Shown here piece by piece: positions 13,775-26,699 of a stretch of 64,000 nucleotides of DNA. The stretch spans positions 40,672,001 through 40,736,000 of the forward strand of contig OX597819.1 in assembly GCA_951406725.2 (NCBI GenBank). Direction: 5' to 3'. Below the pieces are notes generated by a model, which had not been told where the DNA came from, did no database searches, and saw nothing but the letters and a program-made list of their open reading frames with translations. Numbering within the stretch: the first letter of the stretch is position 1; each line of letters begins with the position of its first letter. This stretch comes from Octopus vulgaris. Its lineage: Eukaryota. A program made the translations under genes and the position numbers.

Positions 13775-14743
13775 CTGCATGTAGTGAGAATTTGGAAGGA
13801 AATGCAGGGGCTTTATCAGTGAGTGTGTTAAAGTAAATATAAACTTTGAACAAATTGTGTATTCGCTATAAGACTGAAGGTGCCGGTATAGTATGTGATC
13901 TACATGCAGCTTAAATCTTAGACTAACTTGTCATCTACATTCAAAATTATGTTATAAATTTGCAAATATAATTAGAGGAGTGAATTAAACAAGGAGTTCA
14001 TGGCGTCGGAGAAATTCTATTGCAGCTTCTTCATCTCAAATAATCTGCGTATAAAATTCTTTTGCTCTCATCACAACTTCTTTCAATGAGCTCAAGACTA
14101 AATGTGTTTAAATCCTAAAAGTTTTTTTGGTTTATATACCAAACCAACCAGAAGACCAGTAAATAGATGAATTTTAAATGTAGATCAATGACTGAAACAA
14201 ATAAAAGATTATGCTCTTCCGTCTGAAAAATATTATAGGTGCAGGAGTGGCTATGTGGTAAGTAGCTTTGCTTACCAGCCACATGGTTCCGGGTTCAGTC
14301 CCACTGTGTGGCACCTTGGGTAAGTGTCTTCTGCTATAGCCTTGGGCCAACCAAAGCCTTGTGAGTGGATTTGGTAGACGGAAACTGAAAGAAGCCCATC
14401 GTATATTTGTATATGTATATATGTGTGTGTTTGTGTCAGTGTTTGTCCCCCTAACATTGCTTGACAACCGATGCTGGTGTGTTTACGTCCTCGTAACTTA
14501 GCGATTCGGCAAAAGAGTACTAGGTTTACAAAGAATAAATCCTGGGGTCGATTTGCTTGACTAAAGGCGGTGCTCCAGCGTAGCTGCAGTCAAATGACTG
14601 AAACAAGTAAAAGAGTAAAAGAGTAATAGGCACATGGTTCCAGGTTTTGTCACACTGTGTGGTACGTTAGACAAGCATCTTGTACTACAGCCTTGGGCTG
14701 ACCAAAGTTTTGTGAGTGGATTTGGTAAACAGAAAGTGAAAGA

Positions 14744-14790
<47 letters not shown>

Positions 14791-15252
14791 TGTTTATCCT
14801 CCATCACTGCTTGACAACCAGTGTTGGTGTGCTTAAGTTCTGATAACTTACGACAAAAGAGACTGATACAATAAGAACTAAGCTTTGAAAAAAATAAGTA
14901 CTGAGTCAGTCAATGCATTGAACTAAAATTCCTCAAGGCAATGCTTCAGTCTAAATGACTGAAACAAATAAAAGACAAAAAACATAAGAAATTTGGTTTT
15001 GGGATTTGGTTTGCAAGATTCTTTATATCAGTTCGTGTGTTGAAGCATATTCTGTTGTGTCAAAACTATTGAAAAGGTTGCAAGACGCAACAAAAATTTT
15101 AGGAAAATAAAAATAAGAAATAAGTGGAAATTTTACCAGTGAGTGTGTTACATTATAAGGCACAAAAAGAAAATGACTCTCCCCAGACACAACAGAATAA
15201 GAAATTTGTTTTGATGATTTAAAACTAACATAATTTAATGTTTCTTTTCCAG

Positions 15253-15501
15253 TCTCATTTCTCCAAAACATTATCTCAGAAAATTCGACACATTCGATGG
15301 CAGTTGAAAAAACGTTCAACATTAGGAGATGTACAGAAAATCACAGTTTCTGGGATGAATGACCCTGTGCGGTCATCAAGTCCCACAATTCCTGGATTAA
15401 ATATTCCAACAAACACATTGATTGGAACCAACAACACAGTAGTCAACACAGCCACTACGTTAGCTGAGAGTTCTGACATTCCGGTATCATCTCTGCAAGT
15501 G
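15253..15501 (+). CDS. Coding exon (SHFSKTLSQKIRHIRWQLKKR...SSLQV)
   Basis: Acceptor tttcttttccag|15253 and probable donor 15501|gtatga. 249 nt, phase 0. If unspliced, the frame stops at 15507. Confidence 0.8.
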
Positions 15502-15769
15502 GTATGATGAGCTTTTTTTTTTATCATTTTCCTCTTTGGATTGATAATCTGCTGATTAACTGCTAAGATTTAAATTTATATGCTAATAGATATTATGAGT
15601 ACCCATTTGAGATAGAAAAGTGAAAAATTGAAAGATATAAAGAGCTAATAATATGTGTAAAATAAGATAAGTTTATGTGTCATGATAAGAGTTTTATGCT
15701 TTGGAATATCAAAAATGGTCTCGGATCTAGATTCCAGAACTCCCCTTTCCACATGGCATGTAAAACTTA

Positions 15770-16556
15770 CGAGGGGGTGCTGTAAAGTTCCTGGCTTTGG
15801 GTAAAAGAAAATACAAGAGATTCAGTTAATTATGATTTTATTCTCTGCTTGCGAAGACCTGTTGGGGCAAGTGAAATCGAAATTGGACCAATCCTATGAC
15901 TGGTACCCGGCAGTTGCCAGGACCGCTGGACTGACTCCTGTGCAGGTGGTAAGTGAAGAAACACCATTTCGACCCTGTGCTTGAGGAGATCCATTGAGTC
16001 AAGTACACCAACATCAAAATCAATGGAAACTGCAGTCGTGATCCCTGTGCCGGTGGCACGTAAAAAGCACCATCCGAACATGGCCGATGCCAGCGCCGCC
16101 CCGACTGGCTTCCGTGCCAGTGGCACATAAAATGCACCAATCCGATCGTGACTGTTGCCAGCCTCGCCTGGCACCTGTGCCGGTGGTATGTAAAAAGCAC
16201 CCACTACACTCACGGAGTGGTTGGCGTTAGGAAGGGCATCCAGCTGTAGAAACACTGCCAGATCAGACTGGAAACTGGTGCAGCCTTCTGGCTTCCCAGA
16301 TCCCCGGTCGAATTGTCCAACCCATGCTAGCATGGAGAACGGATGTTAAACGATGATGATGATGAACCCATGCCAGCATGGAAGGTGGACATTAATCGGT
16401 GACAGCATTGTTGTTGTTCCCCACTCTCAGATTCACACACTTATTGCAGTGGTCCTTCAGTTTTTCTAAGCCCCTGTAAAAGAACTCAGAAGGTTCAGCC
16501 TCCAGTCAGGCCTTTTGTGATACCTTTAAAGCCTGGAACTTTACAGCACCCCTTTG
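15770..16556. mobile_element. Mariner-type MITE with a nested RTE 3' tail
   Basis: TA|cgagggggtgctgtaaagttcc...ggaactttacagcacccctttg|TA. Confidence 0.7.
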
Positions 16557-17335
16557 TATCTTAACCCTGTCATGCCATGTTCCTGCTATAGTGGGAATAG
16601 GTTAAATGTCATCTCTGTTGAATTCCCAGTAAAGCAGTAATAAGTAACACACATAGAAAACGAAGATGCAACCAATTCTGTCCGTTAGTTTGCCTGCAAT
16701 TGTTACTCTAGAATTGTATATGCAACTAATTACATTTTTTGCTCATGAACCCAGTTGGAGGGTAATGGCCCAGGTCTGAGAGGGTTAATTTTGTTAATTT
16801 ACTTTTGTTGATGCAGATCATCCCCTACTTGCTTTTGTGTTTGCCCCCCCCCCCCGCACTACTTGACAACCAATGCTGATCTGTTTACATCCTTGTAACT
16901 TAGTGGTTCAGCAAAAGTGTCCAATAAAATAAGTACTCGGTGTACAAAAAGTAAGTCCTGGGGTCGATTTCTTCAACTAAAATCATTTAAGGCAGTGCTC
17001 CAGCATAGCCGTAGTCAAATGACTGAAACAAGAACAAAAGAGTATATTTATTTGAAATTAAGCAGCTTTCTGATGCAGAGAAAAAAAATTTACTTTTTTT
17101 CTTGAATTTTGGAACTCGTAAATTTGGTCACACAGTTTCCCTGGCATACAAATGGCCAAGATTACAACATTCCCCTCAAATGTGGATGCTAGTCCATTGT
17201 GGAAAAAAATATTAGCAAACTTTAATCTCTTCTGAATGGAGAAAAAAAAATGTTTTAGCAATAATCAAATTAAAGTGAATAATCCTGTTATTTATCGGCA
17301 GGATTTATATTTATTTATTTATTTAATTTTCACAG

Positions 17336-17344
17336 GTGGACTAA
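17336..17344 (+). CDS. Probable terminal coding exon (VD*), followed by an AT-rich 3' UTR to about 18300
   Basis: Acceptor ttaattttcacag|17336 gives GTG GAC TAA in phase 0. About 1 kb of repeat-free AT-rich DNA with AATAAA motifs follows. Confidence 0.45.
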   Translation: MD

Positions 17345-18318
17345 TTGGATTTTTTCATCAGATTGCAATCACCTGAACTGAAAAAGTAAGATGGATCTTT
17401 TGTCTGGTTAAGTTAACCTTTTAAATGATTCAAAATATTTAAGCATTCCTTCATGACTACAAGCCAGGGACAGGAAATTTTTTTTTATTATTTTTGTTCT
17501 TTTTTTTTGTTTTTACAATTTAATAATTTAAATTGTTGAAACAAATATTTTAAAAACAGAAATATAATAAAAATAAAACACACAAAAATACAAAACAAAA
17601 CAAACTGAAATTGAAATTTTGAATTTGGAAAAAAGAAACAATCAAATTAAAATTTGAATCAGAATCAATAAAAGTAAGCTTTTATTGGATTTTAATTTTA
17701 AGTTCAAATTTCAGTTTCATATGTTTGTCGATTCAATTTTGATTTATAAAAACTTCTGTTTTTATAGAATTAAAATTCCAAACACAGATGTTTAAGAACA
17801 CTGAAAACAAAAAGTTGAATTTCAATCTGTATATCTGCAGTGTATTAAAGATTGATTACCTGTAAAAGATTTTTAATTATACTGAAAAATGTTACAAAGA
17901 CAATGTCACTTTAAAAAATTTTTTTTTTACAATGGAAATAGCCAAATCAGATTTAATATATTTTAATATTTTGGCAAACATCCTTTCCAGTGCAGTTTGA
18001 TAATTAAAGATAATCTTTGACTTGAAATTAACTGCAATAGAATTTTCTTAAGCAAAAAAATAAAAATAAAAAAAAAATTATAAAATGCCATGAAGCAAAA
18101 AATGGACATTCAACCAATAATGTTGATCTGACGCTTTTGAAACAATTTTTTTGTATTATAAACGAAACAAATATTCCAGATAAAGTAAATTATACTTCAC
18201 TTAAATTGATATATTTGTTCATTGAAAGTATTTTTAATATATTCAAAACACATATTGAGAAAAATATTCATATTAAAAAAAAAAGGAAAGGTATTTTATG
18301 ATTGTCAACAATTATCTT

Positions 18319-18598
18319 CTACTGGTTGTCCTTGAGATTGTCGAATTTGTTACTGGACATGTTTGATACTGCTAAATCTGTCATTAGTTATCATGGTCAC
18401 TGGATATCTTTGACAATATCAAATCTCTAACTGGATATCTTTGACACAGTCAAAATTTGCCAGTGATAATCATTGACACTAGATCTATTCAATCTTTAAC
18501 ACTAACAAATCTGTCTCTGGACGTCTTTGACAATGTCAAATCTATTAGAGGATATCATTGACATTGTCATACCTGTCACTGGATACCTTCAACACTCT
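18319..18598 (+). repeat. Diverged ~31-bp minisatellite (actggatatctttgacaatgtcaaatctgtc), resuming at 21386-21450
   Basis: Repeated units are visible on both sides of the Gypsy insertion. Confidence 0.8.
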
Positions 18599-21385
18599 TA
18601 TAGTGGCTGCTGTTGGCTGTTCAAGTGCATTTTATTATATGGAAAAACAGTATGAATCACCATAAGATGTTTACTCTGTGTTCAATTTTTGTGGTGGAAG
18701 CATGTAGTATGATACAAAAACGTGTGTTTACATACAAAGGAAGTTTTAATTTTTGCTTTTGCACTGAAAGAAGTAACACAATATTTGTATTTGTATGCAT
18801 GCATGTGTAGAATGAGAACAGTCATTTTGAGAATGTGTATGTGATAAAATATCTTCGTTTATGAATCATATATCTTATGTTGAGGTGAATAGACATGTGA
18901 GTCACATGTGGGAGATTGCATGTGGAGCTGCAGAGAAGACATGTATCTTTGACTGAGAATGAGGCCGGTGTCTCAGAACGAGGCTACTGTATCAAAGTGA
19001 GGCTAGACACCTCATTGATATATTCATCTGCTGTACAGGTCGACTCACATATTACTATGTAATATGTAGCTCTGCTACATAGCCTCCTGTTAGACTTGAA
19101 AAAGTCGAAAAAAATAGAGTTGGCGTATGTAAATATGCAGTGCAAAAAGCAAGTAAGAACATGGAATACAAATAGAAGGATACAATACAACAAAAAATGA
19201 GAAACTGAAATGAAAAAGCAGAGCTTGGTAAGGGTAAACAGAATATGAACACTAAGAAATGAGCAAAATGTTCAAGTCGATTAGGTAAAGTTCAAAGGAA
19301 TACTGTGAAGAACAAAACTGTGTCGTTGGTGATATGTGTTGAAAAGTCTCTGGTAAGTTCCCAAGTTGTTCATTATAGTTCAGATGTATATAGTTTTAGA
19401 CAGCTTGGTGGGCTGAGTCATAGTGACATATGTAGATGGAGGAGGGGTTGCTGTGTGTGATGGTTGCAGTGGAGTAGCGTTTGCTTTTATGTTGTACTGT
19501 GAATGTGGGAGGTGTATGAGGTGGTATTGTATCACTGTCTGTGTATGCCCGCTTAAGCCTGTCTATTGAGACAGTTTGTGGAGGCACATGGCCTAGTGGT
19601 TAGAGCAGCGACTCGCGGTTGAGGGATTGCGGGTTCGAATCTCAGACCGGGCGATGTGTGTGCTTATGAGCAAAACACCTAAGCTCCACACGGCTCTAGC
19701 AGAAGGTAATGGCAAAACCTTTGCTGACTCTTTCGCCACAACTTTCTCTCACTCTTTCCTCCTGCATCTTGCAGCTCACCTGCGATGGACCGGTGTCCCG
19801 TCCAGGTGGGGAACCTATACGCCAAGAAACTGAGAAACCGACCCTTATGAGCCAGGCATGGCTCGAGAAGGAAAAAAAAAAAAATTGAGACAGTTTCCTT
19901 TTTACCATTAATGTCTATGGTATATAGTTTGTCTGTGTGTGATAGGGTCCTGTGTATAGAGGTGTGAGAGGGATTTTCACAGCATCTTTTTGTAGGAGCA
20001 CATGGGTGCAAGAATCAGTGTCTTTTGGAACTGATGATTTAGAGGTTTGGTGTTGTGTTGACATGGGTGGCAGTTCTTGCATGTATTTGCGAAGTCTGTG
20101 TATGTACATAGTGGGGTCTTGTGTGGACAGATCCACTGGGGCCAGCATCTGGCCTGGCAACGAAAGAGGTGTGCCATAAACAAGTTCTGCTTAGAAATAA
20201 CTGAGATCCTCCTTTATCGAGACTCAACAGCCAAGAAGGACTATTGGAAGATATTCGCTCCAACACTACCGATCTGGGTAAGCACGCAAAGCAGCTTTCA
20301 TTTGATGGTGGAATCATTCCACCATACCTATTTCTTTATTACCCACAAGGGGCTAAACACAGAGGGGACAAACAAAGACAGACATAGGTATTAAGTCGAT
20401 TACATCGACCCCAGTGCGTAATTGGTACTTAATTTATCGACCCCGAAAGGATGAAAGGCAAAGTCGACCACGGCGGAATTTGAACTCAGAACGTAACGCA
20501 GATGAAATACCACAAAGCATTTCGCCTGGCGTGCTAACGTTTCTGCCAGCTCGCCGCCTAAAGGAATAGCTTCTGGCCAATGTGTGAAATGATCAATGCA
20601 AGTGAGCAGGTAGGTATATCCCTGGCTGACTGGCCAACGCCAGACAAGGTTGATGTGTATATGGTTGAATGTGTGTTGAATGTGCCAAGCGGTGCATGAA
20701 TGTGCCTATGCACCTTTGACTTCTGACAAAAGCCGCAAGAGCATAACCAAGCAGTGATGTCTTGTCTCATATTTGGTCAAAAGAATCTAGCCGAAATGAG
20801 TTTCACTGTGGCAGTGACACCAAGGTGTGACAGATTACGCAGTGTGCTGAAGACTGTTTGTGGGTCTCTGGAACAAAAGGACAAGGAGAATTCATAGAAG
20901 TATCGCATAAAATCTGTGCATCAGCTGTGGGTACTGGGAAGTACTTGAAGTTGCATGTGGCAAAGGCGAGTGAGGTTATATTAATTGTCTCTAAGTGAGG
21001 TTGATCTTCAGTCAGGAGATACAGATTGATGTCTGTGGGTGATGACAGCGAATTAAATAGTAGACGCAATAAGGCGTCTGTTGCAGAGTTATCTATACCA
21101 GAGATGTGGTGGATGTTGGTGGTAAATTGGGAAATAAAATCCAAGTGCCTGGTTTCCTGCAGAGAGTACTTGTCAGGCTTCGAACGCAGGGCAAAGGTGA
21201 GTGGATGGTGGTCCGTAAAAATCATGGATTGGCGTCCCTCAGGTGTGTGCTGGAAATGTTTGACTGCTAAATATGTAGCTAACAGCTCCCATCTGTTCCA
21301 GGCTACTGTAGCCAAGCGAATTGATATGTTCATCTGCTGTGCAGGTCGAATCACATATTACTATGTAATATGTAGCTCTGCTACA
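18599..21385 (-). mobile_element. Decayed Ty3/Gypsy LTR retrotransposon (RNase H + integrase remnants; 3' LTR about 18599-19079; truncated 5' LTR about 21322-21385)
   Basis: RNase H: ELLA.YLAVKHF...TDHHPL. Integrase: HPG...CGFC, IDHFTHWPEAIP, GPY, TVSIDRLKRAY. A 60-bp direct repeat at 19019-19079 and 21324-21385 starts TGTAG on the minus strand, with a purine tract before the 3' LTR. Confidence 0.85.
19578..19883 (+). mobile_element. tRNA-derived SINE with polyA tail and 13-bp TSD, inserted in the Gypsy integrase
   Basis: A box tggcctagtgg and B box ggttcgaatc. TSD attgagacagttt at 19565-19577 and 19884-19896. Related heads at about 4688 and 13201. Confidence 0.88.
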
Positions 21386-24300
21386 CTGTCATATCTGTCA
21401 CTGGATATCTTTGATACTGCCATACCTTTCGCTGGATATCTTTGATAATATATATATATATATACACACACACATATATACATATACATTCAGTATCTGT
21501 GTGTGAGTCTTTATGTTTTTTCTCCACCACTGCTTGACAACTGGAGTTATTGTGTTTACACCCCCATAACTTAGCAATTCAGCAAAAGAGACCAATAGGA
21601 TAAATACCAGGCTTAAAATGAAAAATAAGTACTTGGATCAATTTGACTAAAATCCTTCAAGGTGGTGCTCTAGCATGGCTACAGTCTAATGACTGAAACA
21701 AGTAATAGGGATAAATAAAAGATAATTAGCTTCTCCAAAGAAGTCTGTTTTGCTTTACCCTGCATCCTCAACAGACAGAGTTATAAGTGTGCCATCATAA
21801 CACATTGTGTCATGGGAATCAAATATAAACAAACTATAATAAACCCATCCTTTACTTGTCTACATGTGATACACAGTACAAATTTCCCTGGCATCTATGC
21901 ATCGTATATGACACACATTCCAAATTTTTCGACCACTTAGGATCGTAGCCATGGCCAATAACTGAGCCATGTCACATAACTGGTCCTTTTAAAAGTACCC
22001 TTCGATCGTCAGGTAGTATGCTGTGTTTGAGAAGACCTGTTGAGTCAAGTGAAATTATAGTCGTGGCTGATGCGAGTGCCGCCTGACTGGCACCTGTGCC
22101 GGTGGCATATAAAAAGCACCATTTGAACATAGTCAATGCTTGTGCCACCTGACTGGCCCCCGTGCCGGTGGCACGTAAAAAGCATCTACTACACTCTTGG
22201 GGTGGTTGGTGTTAAGAAGGGCATCTAGATATAGAAACCTTGCCTGATCAGATTGGAGCTTGGTACAGCCTCCTGGCTTGCCAGTTCTCAGTCAAACCGT
22301 CCAACCCATGCCAGCATGGAAAGTGGACGTTAAACGATGATGATGGTGGAGAAGTTAAACACAAGGCACTGATAATTACATAAAATTTCTATTACTCTCG
22401 TTCTTTCTCTCACTATGTTGACACAGAAATTTTTTTTTTTACAAATTTCAGTGATTGGACTGTGGTGATGCTGGGGCACTACCTTTAAAGAGTTTTAATC
22501 AATTAGTACTTGTTCCAACATTCTTGTAATATGCGACAATGGAAATTAGCATCAAGGGAGATAACTCAGGCTATTCTTCAGGGTGCCTTGCTACCTCAAT
22601 TCTGATATATCAAATTTTTTATTATAGCTGGTGTAGCAGTAAGAGTTGTAGTAGTGCTATCAGGACACACGGTGTGTCTTGAACATTGTTTTAGACCTGG
22701 TGGAGTCCATCTCTCTCCAGGTCTGACCATAAATGATTTTTTTTTCCAGGGGAGAGAGACAAGGTGAATAGTTGACTGCAGTACAGGATGAAAGGCAAGG
22801 GTTGACTTTAGCTGTATTATATCTCAAGAGTATAAAGAGCTGGGACATATACTGCATGATGATTTATCCAGCACTCTTACAACTTGGCCAGTTTGCTTGG
22901 GTATTCCTGTCTGAACATACCATTTTTTTTATTCCAACAAATGGCAAGATTCCATGCTGGAAAGTATCTCACTAAGCCATGCAAGCATGGAAAGTGGATG
23001 TAAAAATGATGATATATTTATAATATGATGGTCTTTGCACAGATTCCTGCAAACAAATTTCTCTCACAAGGCATTGGTCAAACTAAGGCCACTTGTATAA
23101 AGTACCATACAGTGGAATCGAACTTTGAACTGAACCACTTCCTTGTGAGGTGAACTTAAACCACACAGCCATGCCTGTGTTTGCACAACTAAATACATTA
23201 AAAAAAAAAACCCAACTTATTTTTCAAGAAACAGAAAACGATTCAAACTCAAATAGTTATGTATTGAATTCAATTTATTTAAAGAAGAAATTGATGAAAT
23301 TACAAACATATTAAACAAGTATTTTATTAATTAATGCAATTCTGTTATCATGGGTGAAGATTAATGTATAGCTGCTTATCCTTTCTCTGTGTTATTGTGA
23401 TGTATTGTATCACTGCTAATTGCAAGATATTTTCACAGAAATATTCATTTAACAAGAACAAAGAGAAAGATTAGAAGGAATAAAAAAAAAGATCGAGTTT
23501 TGATTTATTTTTTTCTTTTCTAGAATTGAAAAAAACAACAAAAAAAAAAAAAAAAACAAGTATCATATACACCTAAATATAAGGTGAGATTTATTTGTAC
23601 CTTCAGCAAAGAAAAAAAGGTCTTGATATCCGTGTCCTTACAAAGACTTTCAAATGATTGACAAAAAAACTTTATACTATGAGAGAAGGCATAATCATCT
23701 TATGCTTGTGCATATTTGATGAACTTGTTTATTTTCTATTTAAAAGTTAGAAAAGAAAATACTTGGATAAAGCTGTTAAACTGAACATACTTGAAATCCA
23801 TAAAATATTTTAAAACCAGTCCTCCTCAGTTGATAACATGTAAGCTGCCCTTTTTCACACCAGTATTAGTATCATTTCAATAAAACTTGACAAAGAAAAC
23901 TTTAAATAATTAATTAATGATTAATTTTAAACTGAATAATTTCTCTTTTTTTATCCTTTCCAATTTAAAACATTCATCTAGATTATTATTATTATTATAA
24001 TTATATGTATATTGTCCTTGTCAATTACAAAAGTTGTTCTTCCTTCTGTAGCACCAGACAATTTTCCAAACCTGCTAATACTTTAAATAAAGCACAAATT
24101 TGACCTACACTAAAGTATAGTTTATATATTTGAGATAGCAGCTGGTTCAAACATAATCATATATATTTTAGACTGCACCACAGAATGATGTCTGCCAAAT
24201 AAGCAAGCATTTTCAAACACACGAATGTTGTCGAGCTGTATCATCTTTACTCTCAATTTCACAGCTACCACAAAGGCCTTTATTCTTTTAAACTTGCGAT

Positions 24301-25583
24301 CAGTATCAATACTTCACTTAAATCCATTCTATGTATCAGTTTCTTCCATCTTTCCATCTCCTAACCTAAGATTCCAGCCGAAATTCATTTTCTTGCCATT
24401 TATCAGAATTGTTTCCCTTCCCACCAACTTAACTGCAACAATTCAAATTGAACTGGCATATTCTTCTCCCTTCGCTTACAAGGAAGGTCTGTGAAAAAAA
24501 ATTATAGGCATTGCTTTCCTCCTCAAATTAACTAATTGCAAAAAACAACAATAAAAAAAAAATCAAACAATAACTTAAAGAGTTTAATGAATATACATGT
24601 GGTATGTCTGGAGATTTTAAAAATTATATAAAAAAAGTTCATTAGAGTTGATTATCAAATTAAAAACATATATATATATATATTAGTAATCAGTGCTCTT
24701 GTATATGATATTTTTAAGCCCTGGGATACCGGGTTACTTGTTTCTATTGTCTTCTCCAGGTAGGAATGAAAGCCAAGGTATTTATGGGAGGAACAAATAG
24801 GAATTGTAATGTTTAGGACATTAAAGGCATGAGTTAAAGTGAACATATCTTCAACAAGTTGTCAAAACTCAGTGGTAGACTTGCTACTTTGAGAGACATG
24901 TAACCATTAAATGGTGCTCTCTGAACATTTGTTGAGATACAAAAACATCTAATAAAAATCTACTTAAGTAGCCTAATATTTAATATGAATTCTAAAGTGT
25001 TAGAGTTGTAATTCCTTTTTATTTACTGATATTTTGAACCAGTTAATCACAAGTATTTGTACTGCTTACATGAGGTGTCTCAATAATTCAGGTATTGAAT
25101 CACAAACAATAAATAGAAAATGTAAATATTTCTTTTAATTTGGAATTTAAAAAAATTTATGGACATTATTTACTGGTACTACTAAATCAGAAAGAATATT
25201 TAACTTAAGAATGTTAATATCATTCATTTATAAAAATAAATATTTCATCATAAGATATTTTTCTTAACTTGTTTAGAAAAGATAGTTATTGATAAATAGT
25301 AGAAATAAGAGAAAAAATGAGATCTTTCTGATATGAAATTATTTATTGATTTTTTTTTTAAAGAATTTAATACCTGTAAACTAGTATATTAAAAAAAAGT
25401 TTAAAAGAAAAAAACAATGTAAAAATAAAAACAAATTTTTTGTAGGGCAGGGGGAAGTATCAAATCAAGATAAAACATGTCAAAAAATATTGCAAAATAA
25501 AGATTATTTCTCAAGAGACAACAGATACTGAGCTTTTGAGATTTTTAAACAACAATTTGAAAGAAGAGAAGAGAAAAAAGAAA

Positions 25584-25994
25584 TCATGTCCTGCTTCTGT
25601 GTGGGACGGGAATAAAGGATGGCTCTGAAATAGTTAGAGCATTTTTGGGTGTGTAGATTCCAGCTTTAGCTGGAAATCTTTGACCAGAAATATCAATTTC
25701 ATATTTGGCATTTTTGTCCAGAATAAATTCATTAAGATTTTTCATGATGCATGGCTGATATCTGTCATCAAATTTTGAAACATAGCCAAGACATAGCATC
25801 TGCTCTAAAGTAAAACCATAACCGCTTGATGTTGTTTCTCCTACATACTCACCATTTCTATAGATTGGTTCACCACCCCATGGCCAAAGATCTGTATCGA
25901 TGTTATGATCGTCCAACAAGAAATGCACCAATTTCTGTTTAACACCTTCTTCATGTTGTTGCAATAAAGCGTCTTTTCCAATGAAGTCTCCTTT
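25584..25994 (-). CDS. PDPR: PDPR-like terminal coding exon (KGDFIGKDAL...DLWPWGGEPIYRNGEYVGETTSSGYGFTL...*)
   Basis: tttacag acceptor. 411 nt to TGA at 25586-25584. GcvT C-terminal barrel motifs. About 2.3 kb of repeat-poor AT-rich putative 3' UTR follows, to about 23270. Confidence 0.93.
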   Translation of the reverse strand, partial: KGDFIGKDALLQQHEEGVKQKLVHFLLDDHNIDTDLWPWGGEPIYRNGEYVGETTSSGYGFTLEQMLCLGYVSKFDDRYQPCIMKNLNEFILDKNAKYEIDISGQRFPAKAGIYTPKNALTISEPSFIPVPHRSRT

Positions 25995-26699
25995 CTGTAA
26001 ATGAAAAAGTAGCAAAAGGATGGAGGACAAATCAGAACTATAAAAAATATTTATTAAATTTTAAGTGGTGTAGAAATTTCAATGAAATAAGGATTTATTA
26101 ATAATTCATTTAAAAATAATAAAGATAACAGTATCAATAACAGCAATTATAATTGAGAAAAATTGTTACAATATTTCACTTAAATATGGGTGATAATTTT
26201 TTCCAAGTAGGTTGAGTAGTCTGGTCACTGAGGCTGACTCCAAAAAAATCATTGCTTTATACTTTAACAATACAAAAATGAGCCACCCAACTGAATGGTA
26301 TAAAGTCACAGACAGACCCCCAACATCCAGTCCACCAGTAAACTGTTTCCTCTCTGCTCCTTGGAGCTGACTGGGCTCATGTCACCTCCACTTGAGTATT
26401 TCTGTCCCACTTATCTCTCATTCTCCCATCACCCTAGTTATGCTGAATACTGCAGGCCTTATACTGACCATGTCATCCAGTCCTTTCTTCCTAGAACATC
26501 AGAGGTGGTGCTGATTTACAAAAGTTCAAGAGGGACATTAATGGTATCAGTCTCACCGCTCTAGGAGGGTCTGGAAGAAGCTATGGGTACTGCACCTTCC
26601 TTCACACCCAGCAAGTTTATTGTAATTTCTCTTGCATTTGCTTCGTATATCATAGCTAGTAAAGGTACTAAGTATAGTAGTTGCTAAATCACTACACTG

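Noticed and set aside
18319-18598. Regularly spaced ~31-bp repeats as a CRISPR array
   Set aside because: Head-to-tail degenerate units without unique spacers, in a eukaryotic context with no cas genes.
19578-19650. tRNA-like heads with A/B boxes (also about 4688, 6110-6184, 13201)
   Set aside because: They are 5' ends of SINEs with bodies, tails and TSDs, not tRNA genes.
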